64,000 nucleotides of DNA, taken from positions 82,056-146,055 of the forward strand of contig CBDBHI010000020.1 in the NCBI GenBank assembly GCA_965205595.1, given 5' to 3'. Shown piece after piece: positions 1 to 9,433 of the stretch (its first letter is position 1; every line of letters begins with the position of its first letter). This DNA comes from Bryobacterales bacterium. Its GTDB lineage: Bacteria; Acidobacteriota; Terriglobia; Bryobacterales; UBA6623. A model generated the notes under the pieces. The model was not told the origin of the DNA and ran no database searches. It saw nothing but the letters and a program-made list of their open reading frames with translations. The translations under genes were made by a program, and so were the position numbers.

Positions 1-71
1 GGCGGTAGCAGCCGATCGAGCGCCGCATCCACCCGCGCGCGGCGGGTCGCGAGATATTCGTCGAAAGTCAC
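1..71 (-). CDS. 5' end of probable polyprenyl synthetase (IspA-like), runs off the window
   Basis: Manual translation from GTG at 71 gives VTFDEYLATRRARVDAALDRLLP; it lies directly downstream of xseB, the usual xseB-ispA order. Confidence 0.6.
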   Translation of the reverse strand, partial: MTFDEYLATRRARVDAALDRLLP

Positions 72-83
72 CGCTGAAGTTAT

Positions 84-326
84 CTATTCGTCGTCCAACT
101 CAAAAGGCTCGGGCTCAACTTCTCCGCCCTTGCGAAGCAAAATCTCGACCTTTGCCTCGGCATCTTGCAACTGCTTGCGACAGCCCTCACTCAGCTTCAT
201 GCCGTTCTCAAATAGTTCCAGTGACTTCTCAAGCGGTAGATCGCCGTCTTCGAGCTGACTGACGACTTTCTCAAGCTCTTTCAGGCCGTGTTCGAACGAG
301 GGCCCTTCAGTTTTTTTCGATGCCAT
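84..326 (-). CDS. xseB: Exodeoxyribonuclease VII small subunit
   Basis: SFEHGLKELEKVVSQLEDGDLPLEKSLELFENGMKLSEGCRKQL is the XseB signature; start moved to ATG 326. Confidence 0.95.
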   Translation of the reverse strand: MASKKTEGPSFEHGLKELEKVVSQLEDGDLPLEKSLELFENGMKLSEGCRKQLQDAEAKVEILLRKGGEVEPEPFELDDE

Positions 327-357
327 AGTTTCAGCGCCTTTCATTGTAGGCCGCCTC

Positions 358-387
358 GCCCGCATTTCTCACCACCTGACGGCGAAA
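358..387 (+). repeat. Partial copy (one end) of the CTAG-flanked MITE family
   Basis: gcccgcatttctcaccacctgacggcgaaa matches the ends of the copies at 1912, 48340 and 55394. Confidence 0.75.
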
Positions 388-434
388 TCAACCGTTAGCT
401 CGCAGTTCGCGAGCAGCCTACTCTGTCAGCGGCC

Positions 435-1067
435 CTAGAGTGCGGCAAACCAGCGTCGCAATCTATCCGAAAGGCTGGGGTCGAGCGCCAATCTGTCGAG
501 ATCGCTCGGTTCATCGACGTCGTACCATTCAGCGACTTCGGCAACGCTCAAACCAACCGACTTGACAGCCTGAATCGTCTGGGCACGGGTCTCCTCATCC
601 GACCAGGTGACACCGTCGAGCATACGAGGGTCAGTCGCGCGAGCACCGATCAGATAAAACCCGCCGTCCCCTGATGGACCCAACACAACGTCGTCACTCA
701 CGAGAGCGCTGTTCGCATCGCCAATACGCTCTATCGGTAACGTCGGGCTGTCGCTGCCGATGACGATTACGCGCCGGAACCCTTCAGACAGCAGCTCTTC
801 CAAACAGTGCCGCAGCTTTTCCCCAAGGTCCCCGCCACGCTGCAGCCGAAAGCGCCCCGGCGCGATTCGCTCCAGCTCCGAGTCGTGAATATCGCAATAT
901 AGAAAGGCCTCGGCTACCGCAACGCCGCTCAGCAGATCCCACGCGTCGAGCAGACAAAGATGGTGAAACTCCGCCGCTTCTTGTGGCGAGATCCGCGCCG
1001 TCAGCCTCGTCTTGACATACCCCGCCCGCGGAGATTTGGCAAACAACGCTATGGCAGTTTCATGCAG
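435..1067 (-). CDS. TIGR04282/DUF2064-type glycosyltransferase-like protein
   Basis: IALFAKSPRAGYVKTRL, QRGGDLGEKL, VIVIGSDSPTLP, VVLGPSGDGGFYLIG, WYDVDEPSDL motifs; start codon uncertain. Confidence 0.85.
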   Translation of the reverse strand: MHETAIALFAKSPRAGYVKTRLTARISPQEAAEFHHLCLLDAWDLLSGVAVAEAFLYCDIHDSELERIAPGRFRLQRGGDLGEKLRHCLEELLSEGFRRVIVIGSDSPTLPIERIGDANSALVSDDVVLGPSGDGGFYLIGARATDPRMLDGVTWSDEETRAQTIQAVKSVGLSVAEVAEWYDVDEPSDLDRLALDPSLSDRLRRWFAAL

Positions 1068-1116
1068 AACAGGCCCGTACCTACCGATGCTACACTCAGC
1101 CGAGGATTGGGTGAGC

Positions 1117-1911
1117 ATGGCCGAAAAGGTCGCCGAAACCGATACTCTTTCAGTACTTCTTGTCGACGACGAGAAGCTTGCCCGAGAGGAACTCTGTTTC
1201 CTGCTTGACTCATTCGACGACATCGAAGTTGTGGGGCAGGCCTCGAACGGGCCGGAAGCGCTGAAACAAATCGACGCGCTTGACCCGGACATCGTCTTCA
1301 TGGACGTCCAAATGCCGGGCCTCAACGGGCTCGAAGTTGTCAGTCAACTCGTGGAACGCGGCGGCACACTTCCGTACATCATTTTTGCCACAGCTTACGA
1401 CCAGTACGCGGTGCAGGCGTTTGAAGTTAATGCCTCGGACTACTTGCTTAAGCCCATTGAGAAGCCGCGCCTCGAGAAATCGATTGAGCGCGCCCGCGCA
1501 CGGATCGAAACGCCCACTGAAGAAGTCGGACGAATGGAGCAACTGCTCTCTCACCTGCGCGATCAGGTCACGCCGCCGTCGAAGATTTTAATTAAGTCGA
1601 ATAGCCGTATGCTGCTCGTCGACGCCGCTGACGTGATTTTCGCCACCGTGAAAGACGGCGCGATTCGAGTTGCCGCTACCCGGGCGGACGGCGAGAGTAA
1701 CTACAAGACACTCGACGAGTTGCAGTCGAATCTCGGCGAACGCTCGTTTTGGAGAGCGCACCGCTCTTACCTCGTCAACATCGATCGCATCAAAGAAGTG
1801 ATTCCTTGGTTCAAGTCGACGTACCAGTTGCGAATGAGCGACCCCGACCAAACAGAAATCCCGGTGAGTCGCGGCCAAACGAAGCGTCTTAAGGAATTGT
1901 TTGGGCTGTAG
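1117..1911 (+). CDS. LytTR-family DNA-binding response regulator
   Basis: Receiver domain (VDDE, FMDVQMP, FATAY, DYLLKP) plus LytTR domain (FWRAHRSYLVN, IPVSRG). Confidence 0.95.
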   Translation: MAEKVAETDTLSVLLVDDEKLAREELCFLLDSFDDIEVVGQASNGPEALKQIDALDPDIVFMDVQMPGLNGLEVVSQLVERGGTLPYIIFATAYDQYAVQAFEVNASDYLLKPIEKPRLEKSIERARARIETPTEEVGRMEQLLSHLRDQVTPPSKILIKSNSRMLLVDAADVIFATVKDGAIRVAATRADGESNYKTLDELQSNLGERSFWRAHRSYLVNIDRIKEVIPWFKSTYQLRMSDPDQTEIPVSRGQTKRLKELFGL

Positions 1912-2050
1912 CTAGCCGGCATTTCTAGCCATCTGACGGCGAAAGCGGGCGATAGGTGCGGCACTCCTCCGCGCGCTGACCGTCGTCCGCCTCGTACTAA
2001 CGCACCTCTCAGGCACTATTGCTCGCCGAGTGGTGAGAAATGCGGGCTAG
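1912..2050. mobile_element. MITE-like repeat, 139 bp, CTAG at both ends, between convergent LytTR and recA genes
   Basis: ctagccggcatttct ... agaaatgcgggctag terminal inverted repeats; internal sequence shared with the copies at 48340 and 55394. Confidence 0.75.
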
Positions 2051-3087
2051 TCGCCGGCGGCGGCTTCGACCTCGATCGGCCCGGTTGACGCAGTAGCCGG
2101 TAACCCCAGCTCGGCTCGCAACGCTGTTTCCAGCTTTTCGAGTACGTCCGGGTGTTCCTTGAGAAAATTCTTCGTGTTCTCGCGACCCTGCCCGATTCGC
2201 TCGCCATCATAGGAGTACCAAGCGCCGCTCTTTTGCACGAGCTTGTTCGCAACTCCTAAATCGAGCAAATCACCTTCGAGCGAAATCCCCAGACCGTACA
2301 TTATGTCGAACTCAGCCTGCTTAAACGGCGGAGCCACTTTGTTCTTCACGATCTTCACGCGGGTGCGATTGCCCGTAACCACGTCACCGTCTTTAATAGC
2401 GGCGATGCGGCGGATGTCCACGCGCAACGACGAGTAAAATTTTAATGCTCGTCCGCCGGTTGTTGTTTCCGGGCTACCGAACATCACACCGATTTTTTCA
2501 CGTATCTGGTTGATAAACACGATGCAGGTATTCGACTTCGAGACATTACCAGTAAGCTTACGCAATGCCTGTGACATCAATCGTGCCTGCAACCCAACAT
2601 GGCTGTCGCCCATTTCGCCTTCAAGCTCCGCGCGGGGGACGAGCGCCGCTACGGAATCAATCACCATGATGTCGACCGCGGCGGAGCGCACTAACACGTC
2701 GACGATCTGCAAGGCCTGCTCGCCGCTATCGGGCTGAGAGACGAGTAAGTTGTCGACATCGACGCCAAGATTGGCTGCGTAGACTGGGTCCATCGCATGC
2801 TCAGCATCGATGAACGCCGCCATGCCGCCCATCTTTTGGGCCTCGGCAACCACCTGCAATGCAAGTGTCGTCTTGCCGGACGACTCCGGGCCGAAAATCT
2901 CAATCACTCGACCGCGCGGAAATCCGCCGACTCCAATCGCCAAATCGATCGAGATCGAGCCGGTCGGAATGACCTCTAGGCCGATGCCGGCATCGCGCTC
3001 TCCCATTCGCAAGATGGCGCCTTTGCCGTGGTCTTTTTCTATCTGGCCCAGGGCGGCCTCAAGGTTCTTTGCGCGGTCGTTAATCAT
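2047..3087 (-). CDS. recA: Recombinase A
   Basis: [55 protein letters not shown]. Confidence 0.99.
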   Translation of the reverse strand: MINDRAKNLEAALGQIEKDHGKGAILRMGERDAGIGLEVIPTGSISIDLAIGVGGFPRGRVIEIFGPESSGKTTLALQVVAEAQKMGGMAAFIDAEHAMDPVYAANLGVDVDNLLVSQPDSGEQALQIVDVLVRSAAVDIMVIDSVAALVPRAELEGEMGDSHVGLQARLMSQALRKLTGNVSKSNTCIVFINQIREKIGVMFGSPETTTGGRALKFYSSLRVDIRRIAAIKDGDVVTGNRTRVKIVKNKVAPPFKQAEFDIMYGLGISLEGDLLDLGVANKLVQKSGAWYSYDGERIGQGRENTKNFLKEHPDVLEKLETALRAELGLPATASTGPIEVEAAAGD

Positions 3088-3190
3088 GTCTCATCTCCTC
3101 GAATTCAGATTCTAGCACAGGGGCGAAGAAAAAACGAACAGGAGATTAGACAATCTCGGTGGCTCCCCGGACAGCGGCGGGTGCAGCGGT

Positions 3191-4141
3191 CTAGTTAATT
3201 TCGTCTGGCAGCGGCGCGTAGTACCCTCGGCGAACACGGACTATCGAGTTCTTGACCTGAGGTTTGATACGCAGTTTGTGAAACGTGCCATCGTTTACGA
3301 ACTCGCTTGGAGAGTACAGGATAAAGTACTGGTGGCGCAACTCATTGGCAATATTTGCGAAAGATTGCTCTAAATCGCGGGCTTGAAACGGGTGAAACGA
3401 AATTCCACCGGTCTCGCGAGCAAATCGGCGCAACGTGCCGTCGCCGGTCTCCGCCTTTCCACTGCGGTTCGTCGAAATGGTATAGACGACCGACTCCGCC
3501 TTGTGCGCCATTTCGAGCGCGTCTTCACGTGTGACCGTGCTGTGGTTGTCTTCACCGTCGCCGATCACGATTAGCGCGCGCCGGAACTGCTCCTTGGGCT
3601 GATCTTCCGGCAGCTTGTCGCGGCAAGCGTAGTAGATGGCGTCATAGAGCGCCGTGCCCCCGCCTGCCCGCAAGCTGCGCACACCCTCGGCTAGCGTGTC
3701 GAGATCATTCGTGTAGTCGACTATGAGTTCAGCCTGGGTGTCAAAGCTGACCAAAAAAGCGCGGTCGGCTTCTTCGCCAAGAACTCCGCGCAAAAACTCG
3801 ATTGCGGCTTCTTGTTCAAACTTGATGCGTCCGCGAATCGAGTTGCTCGTGTCCAGCACGATGCCGATACGAAGCGGCAGATCGCTTTCACGGGCGAACT
3901 CGCGGATTTCCTGCTGCCTGCCGTTGTCAAAAACCTCGAAATCTTCGCGGTTAAGGTCTGTGATGAAGCGGTTCTTCTTGTCGGTAACGGTGAAGAGTAG
4001 CGGTACGCGCGCGACGTTTACCTTGATAACGTCAGCGTCGGTGTAAATCGGAGTCAGCTCGGGCTTACTGGCCTGCTGCGCCCACAACGACGCGCCAAGC
4101 AGCGCTACCACAAACCCAACCGGAAACAACACCCGTTTCAT
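3191..4141 (-). CDS. VWA domain protein (acidobacterial VWFA type), secreted
   Basis: Signal peptide; MIDAS DTSNS; GGTALYDA; IGDGEDN; VRVRRGYYAP C-terminus. Confidence 0.9.
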   Translation of the reverse strand: MKRVLFPVGFVVALLGASLWAQQASKPELTPIYTDADVIKVNVARVPLLFTVTDKKNRFITDLNREDFEVFDNGRQQEIREFARESDLPLRIGIVLDTSNSIRGRIKFEQEAAIEFLRGVLGEEADRAFLVSFDTQAELIVDYTNDLDTLAEGVRSLRAGGGTALYDAIYYACRDKLPEDQPKEQFRRALIVIGDGEDNHSTVTREDALEMAHKAESVVYTISTNRSGKAETGDGTLRRFARETGGISFHPFQARDLEQSFANIANELRHQYFILYSPSEFVNDGTFHKLRIKPQVKNSIVRVRRGYYAPLPDEIN

Positions 4142-4148
4142 GCCCTGA

Positions 4149-5126
4149 TTATAGCTGCAGGGCCTCTAGCAGACGTTCATACTCAATTGGCAATGGTGCT
4201 TCAAACGACACTGCCTCCCCGCTCGTTGGGTGTTCAAATGCAATTAGCCTGGCGTGGAGGAAGAAGCGTTCCAGTGGCGGCGCGCCCTCGATTGCTTTGC
4301 GCGCTCCGTACAAGTGGTCGCCGACTACGGGGTGTCCGGCTGCCGACAGATGGACTCGAATCTGATGCGTGCGCCCGGTGAGGATGCTAACTTCCAGCAG
4401 TGAGTACGACCCATTTCCGCGTAGCAGCCGAACGTCGCTGACAGCTTCTCTGCCGTTCAAGGCAATTGCCATTTTTACCCGATTGCGTCTGTCGCGGCGG
4501 ATCGGCATTTCGAAACGCACCCACCAATGGCCGTCGGACATAATCGGGCGCCCATGGCGCAACACTTTCGGATCAGTGTTCGGGTCTGCCGAAACATCGC
4601 CGTGAACGATGGCCCAATATGTCTTGTGAATCTCTCTCGCTAAGAACTGCACTTGTAAGCGGCGGTGCGCGCGATCATGCTTGGCGACCACCAGTACGCC
4701 ACTTGTCAGACGGTCGAGGCGATGGACGATGCCGGGACGAAGTTCCCCCGAGACCTGCGACAGGCTCTCAAAATGGTGCAACAGCGCGTTGACCAGCGTT
4801 CCTGAAGCTGCTCCTGCCCCCGAATGCACCGTCATCCCGGCGGGTTTATTGATCACCGCGATGTCGTCGTCTTCGTAGAGAATGTCGAGCGCAATGTCTT
4901 CTGCCTCGGCACGAAGCGGTTTTAGCGGTGCAGGGTCGACATCGACGGTCTCGCCACCGTGCAATTTAGTCGAACCCCGCGGCTGAGCTTCGCCGTCGAC
5001 GAGGACGCGGCCATCGCGAATCCATTCTTGAATCCGCGCTCTGCTCACTTCAGGCAAACGGGCGCGGACAGCACGGTCTAAACGTGTACCAGCGTCGTCT
5101 TCCGTGGCTTCGAAGCACACCTGCAT
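4149..5126 (-). CDS. RluA/RluD-family RNA pseudouridine synthase
   Basis: S4-like N-terminus, INKPAGM, RPGIVHRLDRLTSG, TGRTHQIRVH, VVGDHLY. Confidence 0.95.
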   Translation of the reverse strand: MQVCFEATEDDAGTRLDRAVRARLPEVSRARIQEWIRDGRVLVDGEAQPRGSTKLHGGETVDVDPAPLKPLRAEAEDIALDILYEDDDIAVINKPAGMTVHSGAGAASGTLVNALLHHFESLSQVSGELRPGIVHRLDRLTSGVLVVAKHDRAHRRLQVQFLAREIHKTYWAIVHGDVSADPNTDPKVLRHGRPIMSDGHWWVRFEMPIRRDRRNRVKMAIALNGREAVSDVRLLRGNGSYSLLEVSILTGRTHQIRVHLSAAGHPVVGDHLYGARKAIEGAPPLERFFLHARLIAFEHPTSGEAVSFEAPLPIEYERLLEALQL

Positions 5127-5388
5127 TCAGGGTGGCATACGAGCGGCAATGGACTTCGGTGCGGGGACTGGCAGACGCGATCTCAGACGCTTCGTGGCAC
5201 TGACAAACCCCGTGCTGGCTGTCCTCCCAAGCCAAGAATCCGGTAGACGAGCCGAAACAAGCTGCGCAGACCGGCAAAACCGGCGTTTAAACGCCTCATC
5301 CCACAACTTGGATAGGGCGTTCGCCTCATTGTCGTTTGCCAAATGTGACCGGAGAATAAGGGCGAATGCGCGCCCCCTGGTGAAACCA

Positions 5389-6414
5389 ATGAATGCTCGG
5401 ACCGCCGTGCTGTCTCTTCTCGTCGCCGGAACGCTTGCGGCCAATGATGCCGTCGATCGCTGCATCGAAGCAAGCCACCTGCTTGACGAGATCATGGCCA
5501 CGCCCGAAAAATCGATCTCACACGACCTGCTCGCCAAGGCCCATTGCGTGGCCTTGATTCCTGGCGTCAAGAAAGCCGCCTTTGTCATCGGGGGCCGCTA
5601 CGGCAAGGGTGTCATCCAGTGTCGCCACGGCGAAGGCTGGACCGGTCCGTCCACCATACGTCTCGAGGGAGGCAGCTTCGGCTTTCAGATCGGCGGAAGT
5701 TCAACCGACGTCGTGCTGCTGGTGATGAATGAAGGTGGCCGCGAAAAGCTGCTCGCGAGCAAGTTCACCCTCGGCGGCGACGCAGCCGTCGCGGGTGGGC
5801 CGATAGGACGTTCCGCCCAGGCCCAAACAGACGCGCAGATGGAGGCGAAAATTCTCTCGTATTCGCGCTCGCGCGGGGTCTTTGCCGGAGTCTCGCTCGC
5901 GGGCGCGACGTTACGGCCCGATCACGACGCAAACGAACAAATCTACGGAATCAAGGTCAACCCTAAGGAAATCTTGAGCGGAAAAATCCCGCCGCCCGAA
6001 GCGACCCGCGATCTGTCGGCCACGCTCGCGAGGTACTCGTCAGGCGAGCAACTCGCCACGGTCGAGACGGCGCCCGCGCCCAAACCGAAGCCGGCCCGAG
6101 AGTCTGGACTGCTCAGCGTCACGTCCGCCCCTCCATTCGCGGAGGTCGAGATCAACAAAGCATTCAACGGTCTCACGCCAAGGAAGAAGGTGCTCGACTC
6201 CGGCGAATATGAACTCCGCATATCAAAAAAGGGGTTCGAGCCATGGACAAGAATTGTCGTCATCTCGCCGGGAGAAACCGTCGAGCTACATGCCGAACTG
6301 ACGAAACCGAACGTTGATCCCAAATCGGCGGAGGACCCCGCTGACAGCGACCGCAAAGCGCGCAAGGTCAAGCCCGCGAGCAACGCCGGCTTCAAAGTCG
6401 TCGGCTTACCCTGA
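5389..6414 (+). CDS. SYLF (Ysc84-like) lipid-binding protein with C-terminal PEGA domain
   Basis: GGSFGFQIGGSSTDVVLLVMN, ILSYSRSRGVFAGVSL, then SVTSAPPFAEVEIN...YELRISKKGFEPW (PEGA). Confidence 0.85.
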   Translation: MNARTAVLSLLVAGTLAANDAVDRCIEASHLLDEIMATPEKSISHDLLAKAHCVALIPGVKKAAFVIGGRYGKGVIQCRHGEGWTGPSTIRLEGGSFGFQIGGSSTDVVLLVMNEGGREKLLASKFTLGGDAAVAGGPIGRSAQAQTDAQMEAKILSYSRSRGVFAGVSLAGATLRPDHDANEQIYGIKVNPKEILSGKIPPPEATRDLSATLARYSSGEQLATVETAPAPKPKPARESGLLSVTSAPPFAEVEINKAFNGLTPRKKVLDSGEYELRISKKGFEPWTRIVVISPGETVELHAELTKPNVDPKSAEDPADSDRKARKVKPASNAGFKVVGLP

Positions 6415-6505
6415 ACGTCACACACCATCTGTTGCCTAGCGTCGCGTAAACTACGGGGGCGCCCGGCTCGCCCAGCGCTTTGCCACTGCGCCGAGGAAAC
6501 AAGAA

Positions 6506-8377
6506 ATGCGCCGATCGTTAGTCCAGGTTTGCACTGTCGCGACAGCCGCACTGTGCTTCGCAGCGTGCTCGCAAGACCAAGCAGCGGAAAGCGACGCGAC
6601 AACGCGAAGCAGCTCAGCAGAGCGCCCTGCCCCCAACCCGCTGCGCAACGCCTACTTCGGCGACGTCCACGTTCACACGAAATACTCCTACGACGCCTTT
6701 CTCTTCGGCACTACCTCGGGCCCCGACGACGCCTATCACTACGCCAAAGGTAACCCCATCAAGCATGCGGCCGGGTTCGAGATGCAGCTCCGCAAGCCGC
6801 TCGACTTCTATGCCGTTTCTGACCATGCCGCGTTAATGGGAAACCTCAACGTAGTCAGCGATCCGGCATTTGAGATCTCGAAACACCCGGTTGCGAAAGC
6901 CTTTCAAAACGCGACAACGCCCGAGGCTCGCGGCGCTGCTTTCTCACAGGCGCTGCCCTACGCGCGTGGCACCAAGAAGGGCCTGCTCGATATCGAAGCG
7001 ACGAAGACTGCATGGGAGCGTATCAAAGAATCCGCAAATCACAACAACGACCCGGGCCGTTTCACGGCTTTCATTGCGTACGAATATACGTCTAGCCCTG
7101 AGTCGCAAAACATGCACCGTAACGTAATCTTCCGGGGATCGGAAGGTCCCGAGCGCCCGTTCTCGCGGCTTGACTCCTATGACCCTGAAGACCTCTGGTC
7201 GTGGATGGAGAACCTGCGCGGCCAGAACATCGACACTCTTGCGATCCCGCACAACTCGAATGGGTCTAACGGGCTGATGTTCGGCCGAGTCGACTATCAA
7301 GGCAAGCAGATCGACGCCGACTACGCCGGCACACGGATGCGCAACGAGCCATTGGTCGAAGTGACGCAGGCGAAGGGCACGTCCGACACGCATCCGGCAC
7401 TTTCGCCCAATGACGAATGGGCCAACTTCGAGATCTATCCCTACCGCATTGGGGAACGCCGGCCGAGTCAGCCATCGGGCAGCTACGTGCGCGAGGCCTA
7501 TCGGTTCGGATTGGAAATGGAAGACGCCGGTGGTTTCAACCCATATCGATTTGGCTTGATTGGTTCGAGCGACACCCACAATGCCGCGACGTCCGACGAC
7601 GAAACGAACTTCTTCGGCCCCTCGGGGTTACTCGAATCAACGCCCGAGCTGCGTGGTTCGATCCCTATGAGTCAGCCAGGAACGGCCGGCGAGAAATACT
7701 CGCCATCGTCGAAGGCGCGCATCCACGAAGGTGCTTCCGGGGTGGCCGGCGTCTGGGCTGAAGAGAATACGCGCGAATCGATCTTTGATGCGTTTCGGCG
7801 GAAAGAGACATTTGCGACCACCGGTCCCCGCATGCGCATTCGCTTTTTCGCCGGCTACGGCCGCGATGAAAATCTCGACGACGACGCGGACATGGTCAGC
7901 AAGGCATACAACTCAGCAACCCCAATGGGTGGCGATCTGAAATCCAGCTCGGGTGAGGCACCGAGTTTTCTTGTCTGGGCAGTTCGAGATCCCGACAGTG
8001 CCGCGTTACAGCGAGCACAGATCATCAAGGCCTGGATCGCGGATGGCGCGTCGCACGAAAAGGTTTTTGACGTTGCTTGTTCTGACGGTGGCGCTGTAGA
8101 CCCGGCGACCAATCGTTGCCCGGACAACGGCGCCACGGTTGATCTCTCAGACTGTAGTTTCAGTGCCGACAAAGGTGACGCGGAATTGCACACGGTGTGG
8201 ACCGACCCTGAGTTCGACGCTACACAGCGCGCGCTTTACTACGTTCGCGTCCTAGAGAATCCAACTTGCCGCTGGTCGACGTGGGACGCGATTCGCAACA
8301 ACGTCGAGCCGCGCGCGGACAAAGCGAAAACTATCCAAGAGCGAGCTTGGTCTTCGCCCATCTGGTACGTACCTTAG
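6506..8377 (+). CDS. DUF3604 domain lipoprotein (PHP-like)
   Basis: YFGDVHVHTKYSYDA, AVSDH, HNSNGSNG, YYVRVLENPTCRWS, IQERAWSSPIWY; lipobox FAAC. Confidence 0.9.
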   Translation: MRRSLVQVCTVATAALCFAACSQDQAAESDATTRSSSAERPAPNPLRNAYFGDVHVHTKYSYDAFLFGTTSGPDDAYHYAKGNPIKHAAGFEMQLRKPLDFYAVSDHAALMGNLNVVSDPAFEISKHPVAKAFQNATTPEARGAAFSQALPYARGTKKGLLDIEATKTAWERIKESANHNNDPGRFTAFIAYEYTSSPESQNMHRNVIFRGSEGPERPFSRLDSYDPEDLWSWMENLRGQNIDTLAIPHNSNGSNGLMFGRVDYQGKQIDADYAGTRMRNEPLVEVTQAKGTSDTHPALSPNDEWANFEIYPYRIGERRPSQPSGSYVREAYRFGLEMEDAGGFNPYRFGLIGSSDTHNAATSDDETNFFGPSGLLESTPELRGSIPMSQPGTAGEKYSPSSKARIHEGASGVAGVWAEENTRESIFDAFRRKETFATTGPRMRIRFFAGYGRDENLDDDADMVSKAYNSATPMGGDLKSSSGEAPSFLVWAVRDPDSAALQRAQIIKAWIADGASHEKVFDVACSDGGAVDPATNRCPDNGATVDLSDCSFSADKGDAELHTVWTDPEFDATQRALYYVRVLENPTCRWSTWDAIRNNVEPRADKAKTIQERAWSSPIWYVP

Positions 8378-8424
8378 GGATCGCCCAGCCGCGGCCGGGT
8401 TCGAGCGCTTGACCGAAAGCGTCG

Positions 8425-8462
8425 AATGTGTAATCATTCATTGAGATGAATAAACATTCATC
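8425..8462. promoter_or_regulatory. Tandem ARG boxes (ArgR operator) upstream of the arg operon
   Basis: TGTGT-AATC-ATTCA (8427-8440) and a perfect TGAAT-AAAC-ATTCA (8447-8460), 20-bp period; TTGACC at 8409-8414; argR is in the same operon. Confidence 0.8.
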
Positions 8463-8472
8463 GCCTACTACC

Positions 8473-9408
8473 GTGTACCCGCAGCTCGCAACCAAGCACT
8501 TTCTCGACGACACCGATATATCGGTCGACGAGCTGAAGACTCTGTTGAATCTCGCAATCGCGGTCAAGAAATCACCGGGCGACTATCGCCAAGCTCTCGC
8601 TGGAAAAGCTGTCACGCTGCTTTTCGAAAAACCCTCTTTGCGAACCCGTATGACCTTCGAGCTCGGCGCATTGCAACTCGGAGCTCAGTCGATCTTCCAA
8701 GACCACCGCGACGGCCGTATCGGCGCGCGCGAACCGGCGCGCGACATGGCCCGCAATCTCGACCGCTGGTTCGACGCGATCGTCGCCCGCACGTTTGCCC
8801 ACAAGACGCTCGAGGAGCTGGCGCGCTGGTCGTCCGTCCCAGTCATCAACGCGCTGAGTGAAGCATCTCACCCCTGTCAAGCGCTCGCTGATTTCCAAAC
8901 GATACTCGAACACTTCGGCAATTTCGACGGTCTGAAGATCACCTACGTCGGCGACGGCAACAACGTCGCGTACTCGCTCATGCTGTGCGCCGCCCGCCTG
9001 GGTGTTTCGTTCACATGCAGCAGCGCGAAGGGGTTCGAGCCAAACAGCAAAGGGGTCGAACTTGCGAAAACGTTCGCTAGGGATAGCGGAGCAACAATTG
9101 AAATCGAGAGCGATGTCAAATCGGCCTTGCAAGACGCGGCTGTAATCTACACCGACGTATGGACCAGCATGGGTTGGGAACAAGAAACCCAGCAGCGCCG
9201 CATCGCATTCGCCGACTACCAGATTACAGACGAGCTGATGGCGGCAGCCCGCCCTGACGCCGTTTTCATGCACTGCCTGCCTGCCCTGCGCGGCGAAGAA
9301 GTTAGCGATTCGGTCATTGAGTCGAAGCAATCACTAGTCTTCGACCAAGCCGAGAACCGCCTGCACGCCCAAAAGGCGCTGCTACTACTGCTGCTCGGAG
9401 ATAAATAG
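8473..9408 (+). CDS. argF: Ornithine carbamoyltransferase
   Basis: FEKPSLRTR, HPCQ, YTDVWTSMG, MHCLP, FDQAENRLH; GTG 8473 preferred because ATG 8446 lies inside an ARG box. Confidence 0.95.
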   Translation: MYPQLATKHFLDDTDISVDELKTLLNLAIAVKKSPGDYRQALAGKAVTLLFEKPSLRTRMTFELGALQLGAQSIFQDHRDGRIGAREPARDMARNLDRWFDAIVARTFAHKTLEELARWSSVPVINALSEASHPCQALADFQTILEHFGNFDGLKITYVGDGNNVAYSLMLCAARLGVSFTCSSAKGFEPNSKGVELAKTFARDSGATIEIESDVKSALQDAAVIYTDVWTSMGWEQETQQRRIAFADYQITDELMAAARPDAVFMHCLPALRGEEVSDSVIESKQSLVFDQAENRLHAQKALLLLLLGDK

Positions 9409-9433
9409 CAGCACGCGCGGCGACGAATACACG

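Noticed and set aside
8572-9330. Long antisense ORFs over argF, argG, argH, acs, typA and similar
   Set aside because: Typical high-GC shadow ORFs opposite well-supported genes
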